Shown here: positions 39,980 through 53,332 of the stretch, piece by piece
How the letters are laid out: every line of letters begins with the position of its first letter
Position numbering within the stretch: the first letter of the stretch is position 1
From: Octopus bimaculoides
Taxonomy: Eukaryota
Direction: 5' to 3'
DNA length: 64,000 nt
NCBI RefSeq assembly: GCF_001194135.2
Contig: NC_068986.1
Location: 88,923,895-88,987,894 of the forward strand
The notes under the pieces: generated by a model
Database searches by the model: none
What the model was told of the DNA's origin: nothing
The model's input: only the letters and a program-made list of their open reading frames with translations
Made by a program: the position numbers and the translations under genes

Positions 39980-40310
39980 AGTGAAACTGGGGTAAAATAT
40001 ACGAAGCCCAGTATACCCATCATTGACTAGACCAGTCACATGCATCACAACTATATGTGCGCGACACGGTGATATCATATCAAGATAAACAGTGCATTTC
40101 CTTGCAGGTGGGGCCCAAGTTGGAATTTTCTTCAAGTCGAGTAGCCCATCCTGCTCAAAGGGTCTCTGAATAAGCGTTGCTTAAGGATGTTGAACAAAAC
40201 ACCCATGTTTCCAGAGGTGAATTATCCAAGCCCCAAAGAATTCTTCTCAGCACATGGCTATGATGCTCCCCCACTACTTCTGCTCGTGATCAGAGATGTA
40301 CATACTGTCA
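39980..40310 (-). mobile_element. Family B repeat
   Basis: Colinear with 6290-6630. Confidence 0.85.
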
Positions 40311-41137
40311 TCCATACCACGTAAATCATTAGTAATAGAAAATACATAAAGATATCATTATTTCTATTAGCACAACATACTTTCGACAAGGAGAAAAGCA
40401 TGACCCATGACGTACAGTTTTCTTCCCCATTCTCTTTACAAATCGGTGCCCTTTCAGGAAAAGCAAGGAATCGTTTATTATTATTACTGCTGTCTCTTAA
40501 TATTTTGATGGATTGTTGACACTGATGGTGAAAGTAGTTGCTGCTGCTAGTGACTGGCGTTGATAATAATGGCGGCAATGAATTCGTTGCGGTAGGAGGA
40601 GTGACGGTTCATTCCGATTAAGGCGCCTTCTGCTTACAGTTAAGATCCGTCTTCTGATTAAATGCTACTTATGGACGCAATGGGTATTTCATATTGTTAA
40701 TGTTTAATGATAACACATGGCTGTTTGCCGATATTAAGGTCAATGTACGATAGCCTGGTGTTTATAAAATTACTTCATTATTGATTGATGATATCAAATG
40801 CAGCGATTAATATTTTGATATATCACACTTTTATGGCTATAATCACCGTGATTCGTTGTATGATAGAGTGGCGTTGATGGAATAGTTGTTTGATTGATGA
40901 TTTACTGCGGACCTATTAATGCTTGACACATGACAACCTACAGAGACTACAGCAACCAATTTCTCATGTATTCATATATAAATATATATATATATATATA
41001 TAGATAGATAGATAGATATAGATATATATATAGAGAGAGACAGACAGACAGACAAACAGGCAGACAGGCAGGCAGACAGGCAGGCAGACAGACAGACATA
41101 CAGACATACAGACAGACTGACAGACAGACAGACAGAC

Positions 41138-41203
<66 letters not shown>

Positions 41204-42366
41204 GTATTAATTTGGTAATCGAATATAGCTGTAAGTCAGTGGTGATAGGAGATTCCGTGGCGAACTAGATTACTGAGAACGAGACCTGATCGTTATCTGG
41301 GTTTGAGAGAAGTGAGTGTCTTTGGAACATGTACTTTACGGTTCATTATTATGAACCCCATTTTACGAACGTTATAATGCAAAGTGTTGTAAAAAATACC
41401 TGCGTGAGACACACAAGGTGCAGCATGAACATTATGTAAGAAGATAACGGAAGGAACACTATACTCCTAGCGAAATATAAAAACTCTCTAACATAGAAGT
41501 TATATTGGTATATCATATGCCGCATTCAGATCTCGAAGCGTAGCATGGTTTGGAGAAAAGCCTTGTATACAATAACGTTCGAGATAAGACAGATTCTATG
41601 AACTGATAAGAGTCTGGGATGCTGTCTCTCGAAGTTGATGCTGGCTGTTCTTATGTGCGTCGTCATCTTATCGTTTATGCAGTAACTTCCTAGAGAAATC
41701 CTTCCTCATACCCGTTAACATAAATTCTGTACAACTTTCAGCTGTTGGTTACGCTACAAAGTAGAAGGCCCCGTACATACTCCGTCTTTTTAATGTTGCT
41801 GATGAGATGAAATAGCCGCTTTGTAAATCATTTTGAAAGCAAGGCATCAACTCTCATTTATAAATATCAAGTACAAACAGAAATGAGAATTTCGTCTGTG
41901 ATTTTAGGTGTTGGAGGTTAAAGAAAACAACTATCTTTCTGAATTTAATCATGACACATTCACATCAGTGCCTGAAGACATCCTGGATGCTGTACACGGG
42001 AGACATTATCATGTGTCCATGTTTGATACATTTAAGACCGATTGTTCATGCGACACGACTGCTGTGTTTATAATATACGCCTTCATGTTATCGCGATATG
42101 AGTGAATGATATTACGTTTGGCAGATATCAAATCTTTTCAGTTGCCACTAAATTTCTTTTCAAAGAAATGAACTGAAAACTTTAATGAGATTGACAAACT
42201 GCATGTAGAAATAAGCATTTTTTGCCTCTGCATTGTGCTGGGTTTGCTTCATTGAAAACATAATGTTAGAAGTGACCTTGTCAGATTTTAATACGGATTG
42301 ACTTTCTGGCAAAGTATTACGATATCAAGTAGGGACTTGCAACTACTGTTGCAACAATATCATGTA

Positions 42367-42466
42367 AAGAAAATAAAAGACGGTAGATGGGAGTGCGACA
42401 GTTGAGGTATACCTCGACTGTCGCACTCCCAGTCGCACTCCCATCTGCCATCTTTTGTTTTATTTT
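42367..42466. repeat. Near-perfect palindrome (about 40-bp arms) with a 12-bp duplication in the right arm
   Basis: Centred on GAGGTA|TACCTC at 42409/42410. GTCGCACTCCC occurs twice in the right arm. Confidence 0.9.
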
Positions 42467-43564
42467 TATTTTTATTTTTATACGTGGACGATCACGTCAT
42501 CTTTAAAATCTTGCGATATAGCATCTAAAGAAAACCTTTTTCAGCATATTTCTACCCACAGCAGTCTGAGGAGGTTAGTAAGGTCTACAATGGGCCTATC
42601 TTCACACTCACTAAGATCTGTTCCTGCTAGAAAACTGGGGTTTTTTGTTGCGAGTTTTTTTGGGGTGGGGGTGCTTTTACTGCTGCAGTCTTTCGGGTGT
42701 TGTCTTCTACCTCAAGCGTCGAGCGCTAGCATACTTCGTTGATGGAATTACTTACAGATTATTCTTGGCAGACATTTAGCATGTTCAATGTCATTCATTT
42801 TATAGGTATCGCCTGGAGAAGAATGTTGCAAGCCTGTTTAAATGAATTTTGGGAGAAATTTGTTCAAGACTTCAACTAACATTTATGTCTTGATATTGAT
42901 GCAAATGCTCTCAACTTTGAACCTTAAATGAACTCTCAATAAGGCCGTTGTGAATCCTCTTTGAGACATTCTTTCAGTTGACTGTTATAATATGGAAGAG
43001 CTGTATAAAATGTCCATCTTTGACTATAGCTTGGAAATAGGTATATGAATATTACTACAACTTGTGGTGTATGATAGAAGACTTCAGATCTATCGACATT
43101 CGGTTTATGATAACTAGACCAATTAGTAGACATGAGTGTGTGTATCTGTGTGTGTGTGTGTGTGTGTGTGTGCATGTGTGTATGTTTGTGTTTATAGATA
43201 GATAGATAGATAGATAGAGAGATAGATAGATAGATAGATAGATAGATGGGTATATATACAGAGAGACAGGCAGACAGGCAGATTAATTGATAGACACAGA
43301 GACAGACATACATAGAGACAGACATACATAGAGACAGACATACATAGAGACAGACAGACAGACAGATAGATAGATAGCTAGATTGTTAGATATGTAGACA
43401 GACATAGTTAGGGGTTTGAATATAATGTAAGATGAGTGATAGAGTGTGTGTTTTTATATATGTATGTACGTATATATGTGTGCGCACATGTTTGTAATAT
43501 AAAAATCGAAGGAAAAGTGTATATGTGTGTGAAAATGTGTGTGTGAGTGTGTGTGTGTGTGTGT

Positions 43565-43602
<38 letters not shown>

Positions 43603-44005
43603 CTCTGTGTGTGCGCGTTTGTATGCAGATGCAGATGATGTGCTTTTTCAGCATACAGTAATTTGGTGACGTAAGCACGCACTCAGGTATCTCTTTGAAA
43701 CATGGCTTTTACAAAAGAACTTAAACGGCTATTATGACATAATGTTCCCTTAATACACCCGAGTCATCTTCATCCCATTCCAGCAAACCCCCTTGATCCC
43801 CATTTTAGTCTAATTTACACATGCGTTTGGTTCTCTTTGTACTTTACATTTATTTACGTCATCCAGGCTTCAGCCAATGAGAAGAGTCCTGGAGCTTAAC
43901 CTCGTGTAGGTTTTCTTGCATTACTGCTTTTCCGGTTCTTACTCTTCCTGTTCTTGTCTCCCTCTTCCAGTCCTTTTCTACCTATTCTTTCATCTTCTTT
44001 TTTCT

Positions 44006-44051
<46 letters not shown>

Positions 44052-45668
44052 AATATTCCTTCTTCTTTCTTTTGTTTCCCTTCCTTTTCTGTCATTTTGT
44101 CCACACTCCCTCCCCCCTATATATATATATATATATACATACAATACACATATATATATATATATATTATATATATTTATTTATAAGTATATAGATACAT
44201 ATATGTATGTGTATNNNNNNNNNNNNNNNNNNNNNNNNNNNNNNNNNNNNNNNNNNNNNNNNNNNNNNNNNNNNNNNNNNNNNNNNNNNNNNNNNNNNNN
44301 NNNNNNNNNTCTCTCTCTCTCTCTCTCTCTCTGTCAATATTCCTTCTTCTTTCTTTTGTTTCCCTTCCTTTTCTGTCATTTTGTCCACACTCCCTCCCCC
44401 CTATATATATATATATATATACCTGCGTGTTTGTATGTGTATCTATGTAGTTGTGGGTATCAGTGTGCATAAGTACATATATGGATCCGAATACATACAT
44501 ACTATATGCATATATATACACACGCAGATACTCACACACACATACACAAGTATCATTATACATGTGTGTGTTTGTGCGTCCATGCTTTGTAATACGGGAG
44601 TGGAATGTGTCTGTCCCTGTGTTTATATTTTTAGAAATATACATTTGTGTGCGCATGCGTCCGTTTGTGGGGAGCGTGTATGTGTATGTGTGCGTGTGGA
44701 CCCATACACGCACATCGATTCGAGCTCAGATGTTCACATGTGCGTGCGTGAATGTGTGTGTGTGTGTCTGTGTGTATGTGTATGTGTGTAATTATATACA
44801 CACATTAATTTCCTTATGTATATTGTATACTATGCTTCATATATCCTTAGCATCTATCTCATTTTTTAGCATTCTCGTATGCAAGATGAACAATTTTTGC
44901 CCAACCATTTTCTTTTAGGAAGCTATTCTGCTTTCAAAAGTGAAATGGCATTATTTTCTTCTGGTAATGAAAAGAATCTAAAAAGCAAAGAATATAAGAC
45001 TGGAATCAAAAGGCAGATATAGCAAGCTTTGGCTAATTCATTCAATAATAGACGAATGCCCACAGAGAGCTGCAGGAACTATCTGAGAAACGATGTCAAA
45101 AACCATTTTTACGAAACATTGGTAGGTAGATATTTCTGGTACCTATTTCGCTTCTTTTACCATCCTTAACGATTCTCTTTTCTTATTCTTCATTTTTCGT
45201 ATTGTTAATATCTTCCTTAGTTATATTCTCGATGCTTTCACTCTTCTTCTTTTTCTTCTTCTTCTTCTACTTCTACTTCTTCCGCTATCTCTATTTCTTC
45301 ATATTATTATTGTCAATATTGTTGCTGTTATTGTTGCTGCTGTTGTCGTTCTTTTCGTGCAAAGCTTGCAAGTCCGCAGAATTTCTCATCACAGATCCAC
45401 TGAAGTTGGCGTCTTATTCTGTAGTCATACAGGTATTCAAAAGGAAAATGTTCCCTTTCTGTTTATTTATATAGTTAGCTATTGATGTTAGACTATATGT
45501 GTGTGTGTGTTGTTGTTTTTGTTGCTGTTGTTGTGCGCGCGTGTTTGTGTGCGTAGTGGGTGTGTGTCTGTACTCGTATAACTTTGCATATTTATGTATA
45601 TTTATATGTATAGCTGCCGGTATTCGGGAATTACATGTACATACACGCTCATTCGATACGTATGCATA

Positions 45669-45723
<55 letters not shown>

Positions 45724-47246
45724 CAGTCTACATATATGTGTGTGCGTATGTGTGTGCGTGCGTGTGCGTCTGCATTCGTGTACGTGTGTTTGTGTATGAC
45801 TATTTATGCACATCCATATCTTATAATGCAAGAACTCACGTTATTTCTGAATACCACACACACACACACGCATATATATATATATAAACTTCTCTGTGTT
45901 TACTTATAAGTATGCGTGTGTTTACTTATAAGTATGCGTGTGTATAACTAATTTTCATTGCACCAGACTCTATCACTATATGATGCGTAATAAGCCGGTA
46001 TACTTCACCATTCTATTTCAATACTGCTGGGATACTCAAATTTGCTATTCAACATTGCTCTGACGGGCATTTAGATAAATTAGAGGTATATTTTTACATA
46101 AATAGGTATGCAAGCTGCCGGATGATTGACAATATTGAACTTTATTGTCTGTTTCTTCTATTCCCTAACACATTTTTATTGTTGAAATTTGCCAAAATAA
46201 TTCCTATTTTCACCATGGCACCCCCTTTGCAATTTCAGACAGTTTGAACGACTGGCAGATTGAACAATTACAAACATAGTATTTTTGTTTTACTCAGAAA
46301 CCGAACTGAAGTTTGTGACCGTTTGCTTAGTATTAGCAGATGTATGAATTTACTTCCATCGACTGTAATGTCAACTACGGAGAATCAAAATATATAAAAT
46401 AATCAATGAAGTCATCAGTCCGAGTATGTGCAACATAAATGGATGTTTTTTTTTCTGTGGGTAATTTAGTGGAACAAATGAAGTTCTTAACATTGTGGGT
46501 GTAAGATTGAATCCATATAATATTTTATTATGTCAAGTTATCCTTTGAGATATGATAAAGAAAGCATGTCTCTTTATTAACTCTCGGGAGAAGATAACGA
46601 AGATCTAACATTTGTATGTATTAAGTGCTAGTCTGCTGGCAAGTGCTGCGCTAATTGTTGTATTCTTAAGACTGTTGCTGAAAGAAAGTGTGCAGACACA
46701 AAATAGGTAAAGCTTTCCTTGTAGAAATCCAAGCCATTGAAGAAAATCGCGAATGTGAAAATGAACTTATCTTCAGGAATATATTGGAGAAAAAAAAGAA
46801 AAAAATAATTGAAGGCCCTTTGTTGTCATCGATAAAAATCTCCCGGATTTAAAGCTGCTAAGGACAAACTATCATTTTTTCTTAGTAGCTTAAGAAGCTT
46901 TGAAATTGGAGCCAATTGCACTTTAAGGGGTTAAATAAATGATAATTACTTGAATACTAGAAATCAAGTCGAAAGATGACACAGTGATCTATTTGCAATG
47001 GGTACACAGTTCCTTTTTGTACTGCTGCCTAATAGAACTTCTACAATGAGAATGATTCAGTACCGCAAAATATTGTTTTGTCTGTACCTGCTACTGATCG
47101 TGTAAGTACATAATATCATACAGAATGATACCCTTTAGTGAACACATTGACAGATCCGCAAAACAACTGCTACCACAATTTGTAATCCATTTATCCAATA
47201 GCACATTTTTTCAATGTGCTATTGGAACATTAACACAGGTTAGATT

Positions 47247-47430
47247 AAATAAGGAAACCTACTTCATTGAGAAATATAAGGCAAAACTTAACCATTTCTA
47301 GCATTTTTCAATAAGGAAATTTACTTCATTGAAAAATATAAACCAAAACTTAACCATTTCTAACATTTTATTCTATCAAAATCAAATCATGTTAAATTAA
47401 CAAAACCTAACCATTTCCAACATTTTTTAT
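47247..47430. repeat. About 62-bp tandem repeat, two full copies plus a partial copy
   Basis: AATAAGGAAA..TACTTCATTGA.AAATATAA..CAAAACTTAACCATTTCTA.CATTTT is repeated. Confidence 0.85.
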
Positions 47431-47687
47431 TATATCCCTTATACCGAAAATATCCCTGATTACCTCCCGTGTTTCAAACTCTTCTACATCACACCATAAC
47501 GAAGAGATGACACAATATCGGTAAAGAAAGTTGAAAAATTTGAAAAGAAAATGCGAAACCGGTTATTTCTACAAAAACAATGTCAGTATGCATAACATTT
47601 TATATCATTTTCCTAACATGACGATTTTAATATATCTTTTAACTATATAATAAAAACCTTCTGTAGTTTTTTCATTCTATTTTGTTT

Positions 47688-48151
47688 ATATATATAATAG
47701 TGCATAAGAATTTATACACGGAGAGAAGACCACCATGTGGATTCCTTACATTCTAGTGAAGGCAATCAAAACCTAAACCACGAAAAACATTCTTATTTAT
47801 GGCACGTTGCTTGTAAGCAAGCAGGACACTCGAATGAATAAAAATCTCAGTTAACTCTATACCCATGAATTTCGTCATTAATGATCAAATAAATCAATTA
47901 ATTAGTCAATTAATTGCTTAATTAATCATCTGTGGCTCGACAGTAGAGTCACTGGAAAATGTATAATTATGAAACTCTAATACGTACCGAAAGCATAAAG
48001 TAAACACATGAGCACTGAGTTCAATCTTTATACATCAAGAATTCAAATCGAATGCCCTCAACCAACGGGCAGGGTAGTAGTAGTACAGCAGTGAATAAAT
48101 TCAATCGTATAATATCTCCGTGTATAAATTCTTATACTCTATTATATATAA
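47688..48151. mobile_element. MITE-like element with about 38-bp TIRs in a TA-rich site
   Basis: TATATATAATAG.G.ATAAGAATTTATACACGGAGA at 47689-47724 and its reverse complement at 48115-48150. Confidence 0.7.
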
Positions 48152-49560
48152 AAATATTCGTCTTCTGGCTTTTATTACGCATGCTAAACACTGGTATGCA
48201 TTATTAATTTAATAATGTTTACCCTGTATTTATATATATACATATATATATATATATGTATATATATATANNNNNNNNNNNNNNNNNNNNNNNNNNNNNN
48301 NNNNNNNNNNNNNNNNNNNNNNNNNNNNNNNNNNNNNNNNNNNNNNNNNNNNNNNNNNNNNNNNNNNNNNNNNNNNNNNNNNNNNNNNNNNNNNNNNNNN
48401 NNNNNNNNNNNNNNNNNNNNNNNNNNNNNNNNNNNNNNNNNNNNNNNNNNNNNNNNNNNNNNNNNNNNNNNNNNNNNNNNNNNNNNNNNNNNNNNNNNNN
48501 NNNNNNNNNNNNNNNNNNNNNNNNNNNNNNNNNNNNNNNNNNNNNNNNNNNNNNNNNNNNNNNNNNNNNNNNNNNNNNNNNNNNNNNNNNNNNNNNNNNN
48601 NNNNNNNNNNNNNNNNNNNNNNNNNNNNNNNNNNNNNNNNNNNNNNNNNNNNNNNNNNNNNNNNNNNNNNNNNNNNNNNNNNNNNNNNNNNNNNNNNNNN
48701 NNNNNNNNNNNNNNNNNNNNNNNNNNNNNNNNNNNNNNNNNNNNNNNNNNNNNNNNNNNNNNNNNNNNNNNNNNNNNNNNNNNNNNNNNNNNNNNNNNNN
48801 NNNNNNNNNNNNNNNNNNNNNNNNNNNNNNNNNNNNNNNNNNNNNNNNNNNNNNNNNNNNNNNNNNNNNNNNNNNNNNNNNNNNNNNNNCACACACACAC
48901 ACACATACACACAAAGATATATATATATGCGTATGTATGTATATATATGCATATTTGTATGTGTGTGAGTGTTTGTGTGTGTGTGTGTGAGTGTGTGTAT
49001 GTTTGTGTGTACATAAATATATATGTGTATACATACAGGTATTTATACTTTGATATATGTACATATAGATGTATTGATGGATAGGTAGATAGATAAATAC
49101 AGACAGACAGACAGACAGACAAACACACACATAAACAATACTCTTACATGTTTCCTGAATATATACTATACTCATTATTTTTGGAACACATTGCAGCTAG
49201 TCAAGCTCATACATTCATCACCACCTGCAAAACTGCAAGATTATACTATATCACATATATTTCGAAACAGCCGCAAATATATTCATTGGTATTTACAAAT
49301 ATACTTTCATTCATACTTAGATACATACAAGTTGAATCGTACATATATAAAAGAACACACACACACATACACACATACAAACGCAATGTACTTACAGGGT
49401 TTCACTCGAATGTAATGTAAATAATAAGAAACAACATTGAAGCATGTAGAATATCGATGACAGGAACCATTATTAGCTGAACCTGTGCATTTAAATGTCA
49501 CCAAGATACAACCAGCAACTATGCAGTACTTATCTGATACATATCTGTGTATTATATGTG

Positions 49561-49597
<37 letters not shown>

Positions 49598-51194
49598 NNN
49601 NNNNNNNNNNNNNNNNNNNNNNNNNNNNNNNNNNNNNNNNNNNNNNNNNNNNNNNNNNNNNNNNNNNNNNNNNNNNNNNNNNNNNNNNNNNNNNNNNNNN
49701 NNNNNNNNNNNNNNNNNNNNNNNNNNNNNNNNNNNNNNNNNNNNNNNNNNNNNNNNNNNNNNNNNNNNNNNNNNNNNNNNNNNNNNNNNNNNNNNNNNNN
49801 NNNNNNNNNNNNNNNNNNNNNNNNNNNNNNNNNNNNNNNNNNNNNNNNNNNNNNNNNNNNNNNNNNNNNNNNNNNNNNNNNNNNNNNNNNNNNNNNNNNN
49901 NNNNNNNNNNNNNNNNNNNNNNNNNNNNNNNNNNNNNNNNNNNNNNNNNNNNNNNNNNNNNNNNNNNNNNNNNNNNNNNNNNNNNNNNNNNNNNNNNNNN
50001 NNNNNNNNNNNNNNNNNNNNNNNNNNNNNNNNNNNNNNNNNNNNNNNNNNNNNNNNNNNNNNNNNNNNNNNNNNNNNNNNNNNNNNNNNNNNNNNNNNNN
50101 NNNNNNNNNNNNNNNNNNNNNNNNNNNNNNNNNNNNNNNNNNNNNNNNNNNNNNNNNNNNNNNNNNNNNNNNNNNNNNNNNNNNNNNNNNNNNNNNNNNN
50201 NNNNNNNNNNNNNNNNNNNNNNNNNNNNNNNNNNNNNNNNNNNNNNNNNNNNNNNNNNNNNNNNNNNNNNNNNNNNNNNNNNNNNNNNNNNNNNNNNNNN
50301 NNNNNNNNNNNNNNNNNNNNNNNNNNNNNNNNNNNNNNNNNNNNNNNNNNNNNNNNNNNNNNNNNNNNNNNNNNNNNNNNNNNNNNNNNNNNNNNNNNNN
50401 NNNNNNNNNNNNNNNNNNNNNNNNNNNNNNNNNNNNNNNNNNNNNNNNNNNNNNNNNNNNNNNNNNNNNNNNNNNNNNNNNNNNNNNNNNNNNNNNNNNN
50501 NNNNNNNNNNNNNNNNNNNNNNNNNNNNNNNNNNNNNNNNNNNNNNNNNNNNNNNNNNNNNNNNNNNNNNNNNNNNNNNTATATATATAGATATATATAT
50601 ATATATATTAATCCTTGCATGCAAATATTGTTATATTGTCTGCAAAGAAATATTGGCAGTCAGTGATTCTTTGTGATTGTATCTTTCACCATTCGGCAAA
50701 CACAGGACGTATGTATGTATATGTTTCTCGGTGCACAGCACGTTCAATGGCATGTATATAAGCATTTTTGTATGTATATGTATACGTGTATATACCTAGG
50801 TTTGTGCGTCTGTTTCTGATTATATGTATTTGTGTGTATTTGATACTTATGAAGATAACTGTTCTAGACAGAGTTTTGGTCACGCAAATCTCGACCAGAA
50901 ATTATTAACATGCATTTACGGGGCGGTATTGAAATACACCACACGTGTGCTGATACACAAATAAATGGATATACACAGAAGTACATACGCATATACATAT
51001 ACATTCTTAGTTTTATATACTATGATCTCCATATATATTCCCTGAGATGTGAATGCATATACATTTGTTCATATAAATATGTACGTGTGTGGGTGTGTTT
51101 GTGTATATCAATGTCCCATATATACATACATGGAAATAAATACACACATACATATACACCTTAAATATGCATACGTGTGCATATATACATGTTT

Positions 51195-51232
<38 letters not shown>

Positions 51233-51239
51233 TGTCAGG

Positions 51240-51282
<43 letters not shown>

Positions 51283-52122
51283 NNNNNNNNNNNNNNNNNN
51301 NNNNNNNNNNNNNNNNNNNNNNNNNNNNNNNNNNNNNNNNNNNNNNNNNNNNNNNNNNNNNNNNNNNNNNNNNNNNNNNNNNNNNNNNNNNNNNNNNNNN
51401 NNNNNNNNNNNNNNNNNNNNNNNNNNNNNNNNNNNNNNNNNNNNNNNNNNNNNNNNNNNNNNNNNNNNNNNNNNNNNNNNNNNNNNNNNNNNNNNNNNNN
51501 NNNNNNNNNNNNNNNNNNNNNNNNNNNNNNNNNNNNNNNNNNNNNNNNNNNNNNNNNNNNNNNNNNNNNNNNNNNNNNNNNNNNNNNNNNNNNNNNNNNN
51601 NNNNNNNNNNNNNNNNNNNNNNNNNNNNNNNNNNNNNNNNNNNNNNNNNNNNNNNNNNNNNNNNNNNNNNNNNNNNNNNNNNNNNNNNNNNNNNNNNNNN
51701 NNNNNNNNNNNNNNNNNNNNNNNNNNNNNNNNNNNNNNNNNNNNNNNNNNNNNNNNNNNNNNNNNNNNNNNNNNNNNNNNNNNNNNNNNNNNNNNNNNNN
51801 NNNNNNNNNNNNNNNNNNNNNNNNNNNNNNNNNNNNNNNNNNNNNNNNNNNNNNNNNNNNNNNNNNNNNNNNNNNNNNNNNNNNNNNNNNNNNNNNNNNN
51901 NNNNNNNNNNNNNNNNNNNNNNNNNNNNNNNNNNNNNNNNNNNNNNNNNNNNNNNNNNNNNNNNNNNNNNNNNNNNNNNNNNNNNNNNNNNNNNNNNNNN
52001 NNNNNNNNNNNNNNNNNNNNNNNNNNNNNNNNNNNNNNNNNNNNNNNNNNNNNNNNNNNNNNNNNNNNNNNNNNNNNNNNNNNNATACATAGACACATAC
52101 ACACATAAATACATACATACAT

Positions 52123-53200
52123 ATCTTCAGCAAAATCCTTTAACCACCAAGTGTCGAAGTGCATCTCTTGACCAAGTTTGCATACATGAGGCTGATAACA
52201 TCGTAAGACTTGGAAAGCAGCTCCTTGACCAACACTCCTTGTCTGATAACTTAGAATACATGGCCAAAAAGTCGCACGACTCTAACTCAACGTATCATCA
52301 GATGAAAGGATGATCCTATATGAGCAGAAGACTATGCATGGATGTTTCTAGAAAGCTCCGTGATGTGACAACCGATGCAGACTTTCTTAGAGATCACACT
52401 GAAGATATCACCCACATCATAAGCAGTTGTCCGAAATGTCATCATAGTATTATCTACCGATAAGACATGACATTGTAGCTAAGACACTCTATAATGAAAT
52501 TCGTCGGAAGGATAAACCCGAGGACAAAGATATAAGAATCCACAATGTTGTAGAAGCCATACCCACTCACAATAAAAAGGAATACTGGTGGAATGTACCA
52601 GGGAAGACCTCAATAAAATGTAAGCACAACAGACCTGATATAATAATTTGGGATAGAGAAGAGAAACTGTGCACAGGTGTAGAAATTAGCTGCTCAGCGG
52701 ATGTTAATATAAATCTGAAGATCAGTGAAAAAGAGATCGCCTATACTGAACTATTGAGAAATCGGCAGTTACTCTATTCAGTTTACAAGTTCAGGTTTAT
52801 ACCTGTAATTATTGATGCTCTGGGATATGTAGCACACTGCTTAAATACCAATCTTGAGAAATTAGGCTTCTCAAAACCAAAAAGGAGAAAGGTAATTCGA
52901 AGACTACAGATCCAATTCGCCATTGGAACTGTAAAAATCTGTAAAACTTTTCAGAAGTTTATCATTTAAATATATATGAGGATGTCTTGATATGCAACTA
53001 TGTGCATGAGAATACATAAATTAAACATACAAATCTGCACATACATGCATACATACATACATACATACATACATACAAACATACATACATACATACAAAA
53101 ATTTCCAGTTGTTGATGTTGAAATTCCAATGAAGGAGCCTTGGATCTAGGTTAGAAACCAATTCTTTCTCTGTTGGTAAGAAATCTTGAAATAAACAGAA
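52123..53200 (+). mobile_element. Second R4/Dong-like RLE non-LTR retrotransposon (3' portion), flanked by (TACA)n
   Basis: YEQKTMHG, CRL.....EDITHIISSC (Zn knuckle), then an open frame at 52448-52969: YYLPIRHDIVAK...EYWWNV...HNRPDIIIWD...VEISC...KISEK..Y...FIPVII.ALG...GTVKICKTF*. A 3' UTR follows. Confidence 0.92.
52448..52969 (+). pseudogene. Restriction-like (PD-D/ExK) endonuclease domain of the RLE element, 173 codons without a stop
   Basis: My translation; it is in frame with listed ORF 52754..52969. It contains RHD, RPD, E and K..Y motifs. Confidence 0.88.
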
Positions 53201-53332
53201 TATGGCATTCATATATTCATACACACATGCATGAGTCATACATACATACATACATACATACACACAAACATACGCACATTCTGAATCAAGCACACGCGTA
53301 TACATAGACACTTGTTGTTAGTAAAACTCAAT

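Noticed and set aside
41908-42105. ORF MLEVKENNYLSEFNHDTF... preceded by ATTTTAG|G
   Set aside because: It could be an exon, but I recognise no domain, see no convincing donor, and find no neighbouring exons.
42480-43130. Stop-poor minus-strand stretch (DGHFIQLFHI..., faint Ulp1-protease-like impression)
   Set aside because: It has multiple stops, and no catalytic motif order could be confirmed.
44030-44420. An about 100-bp direct repeat on both sides of the gap at 44215-44309
   Set aside because: Identical sequence flanking a short gap is most simply an unmerged contig overlap or allelic microsatellite-length artefact.
46200-47150. Cys-rich fragments (FVCIKC*SAGKCCANCC) suggesting a decayed transposase or zinc finger
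   Set aside because: It has many stops, and the spacing matches no family I can name.
47545-47565. GAAACCGGTT palindrome resembling hammerhead helix III
   Set aside because: There is no upstream CTGANGA and no helix II.
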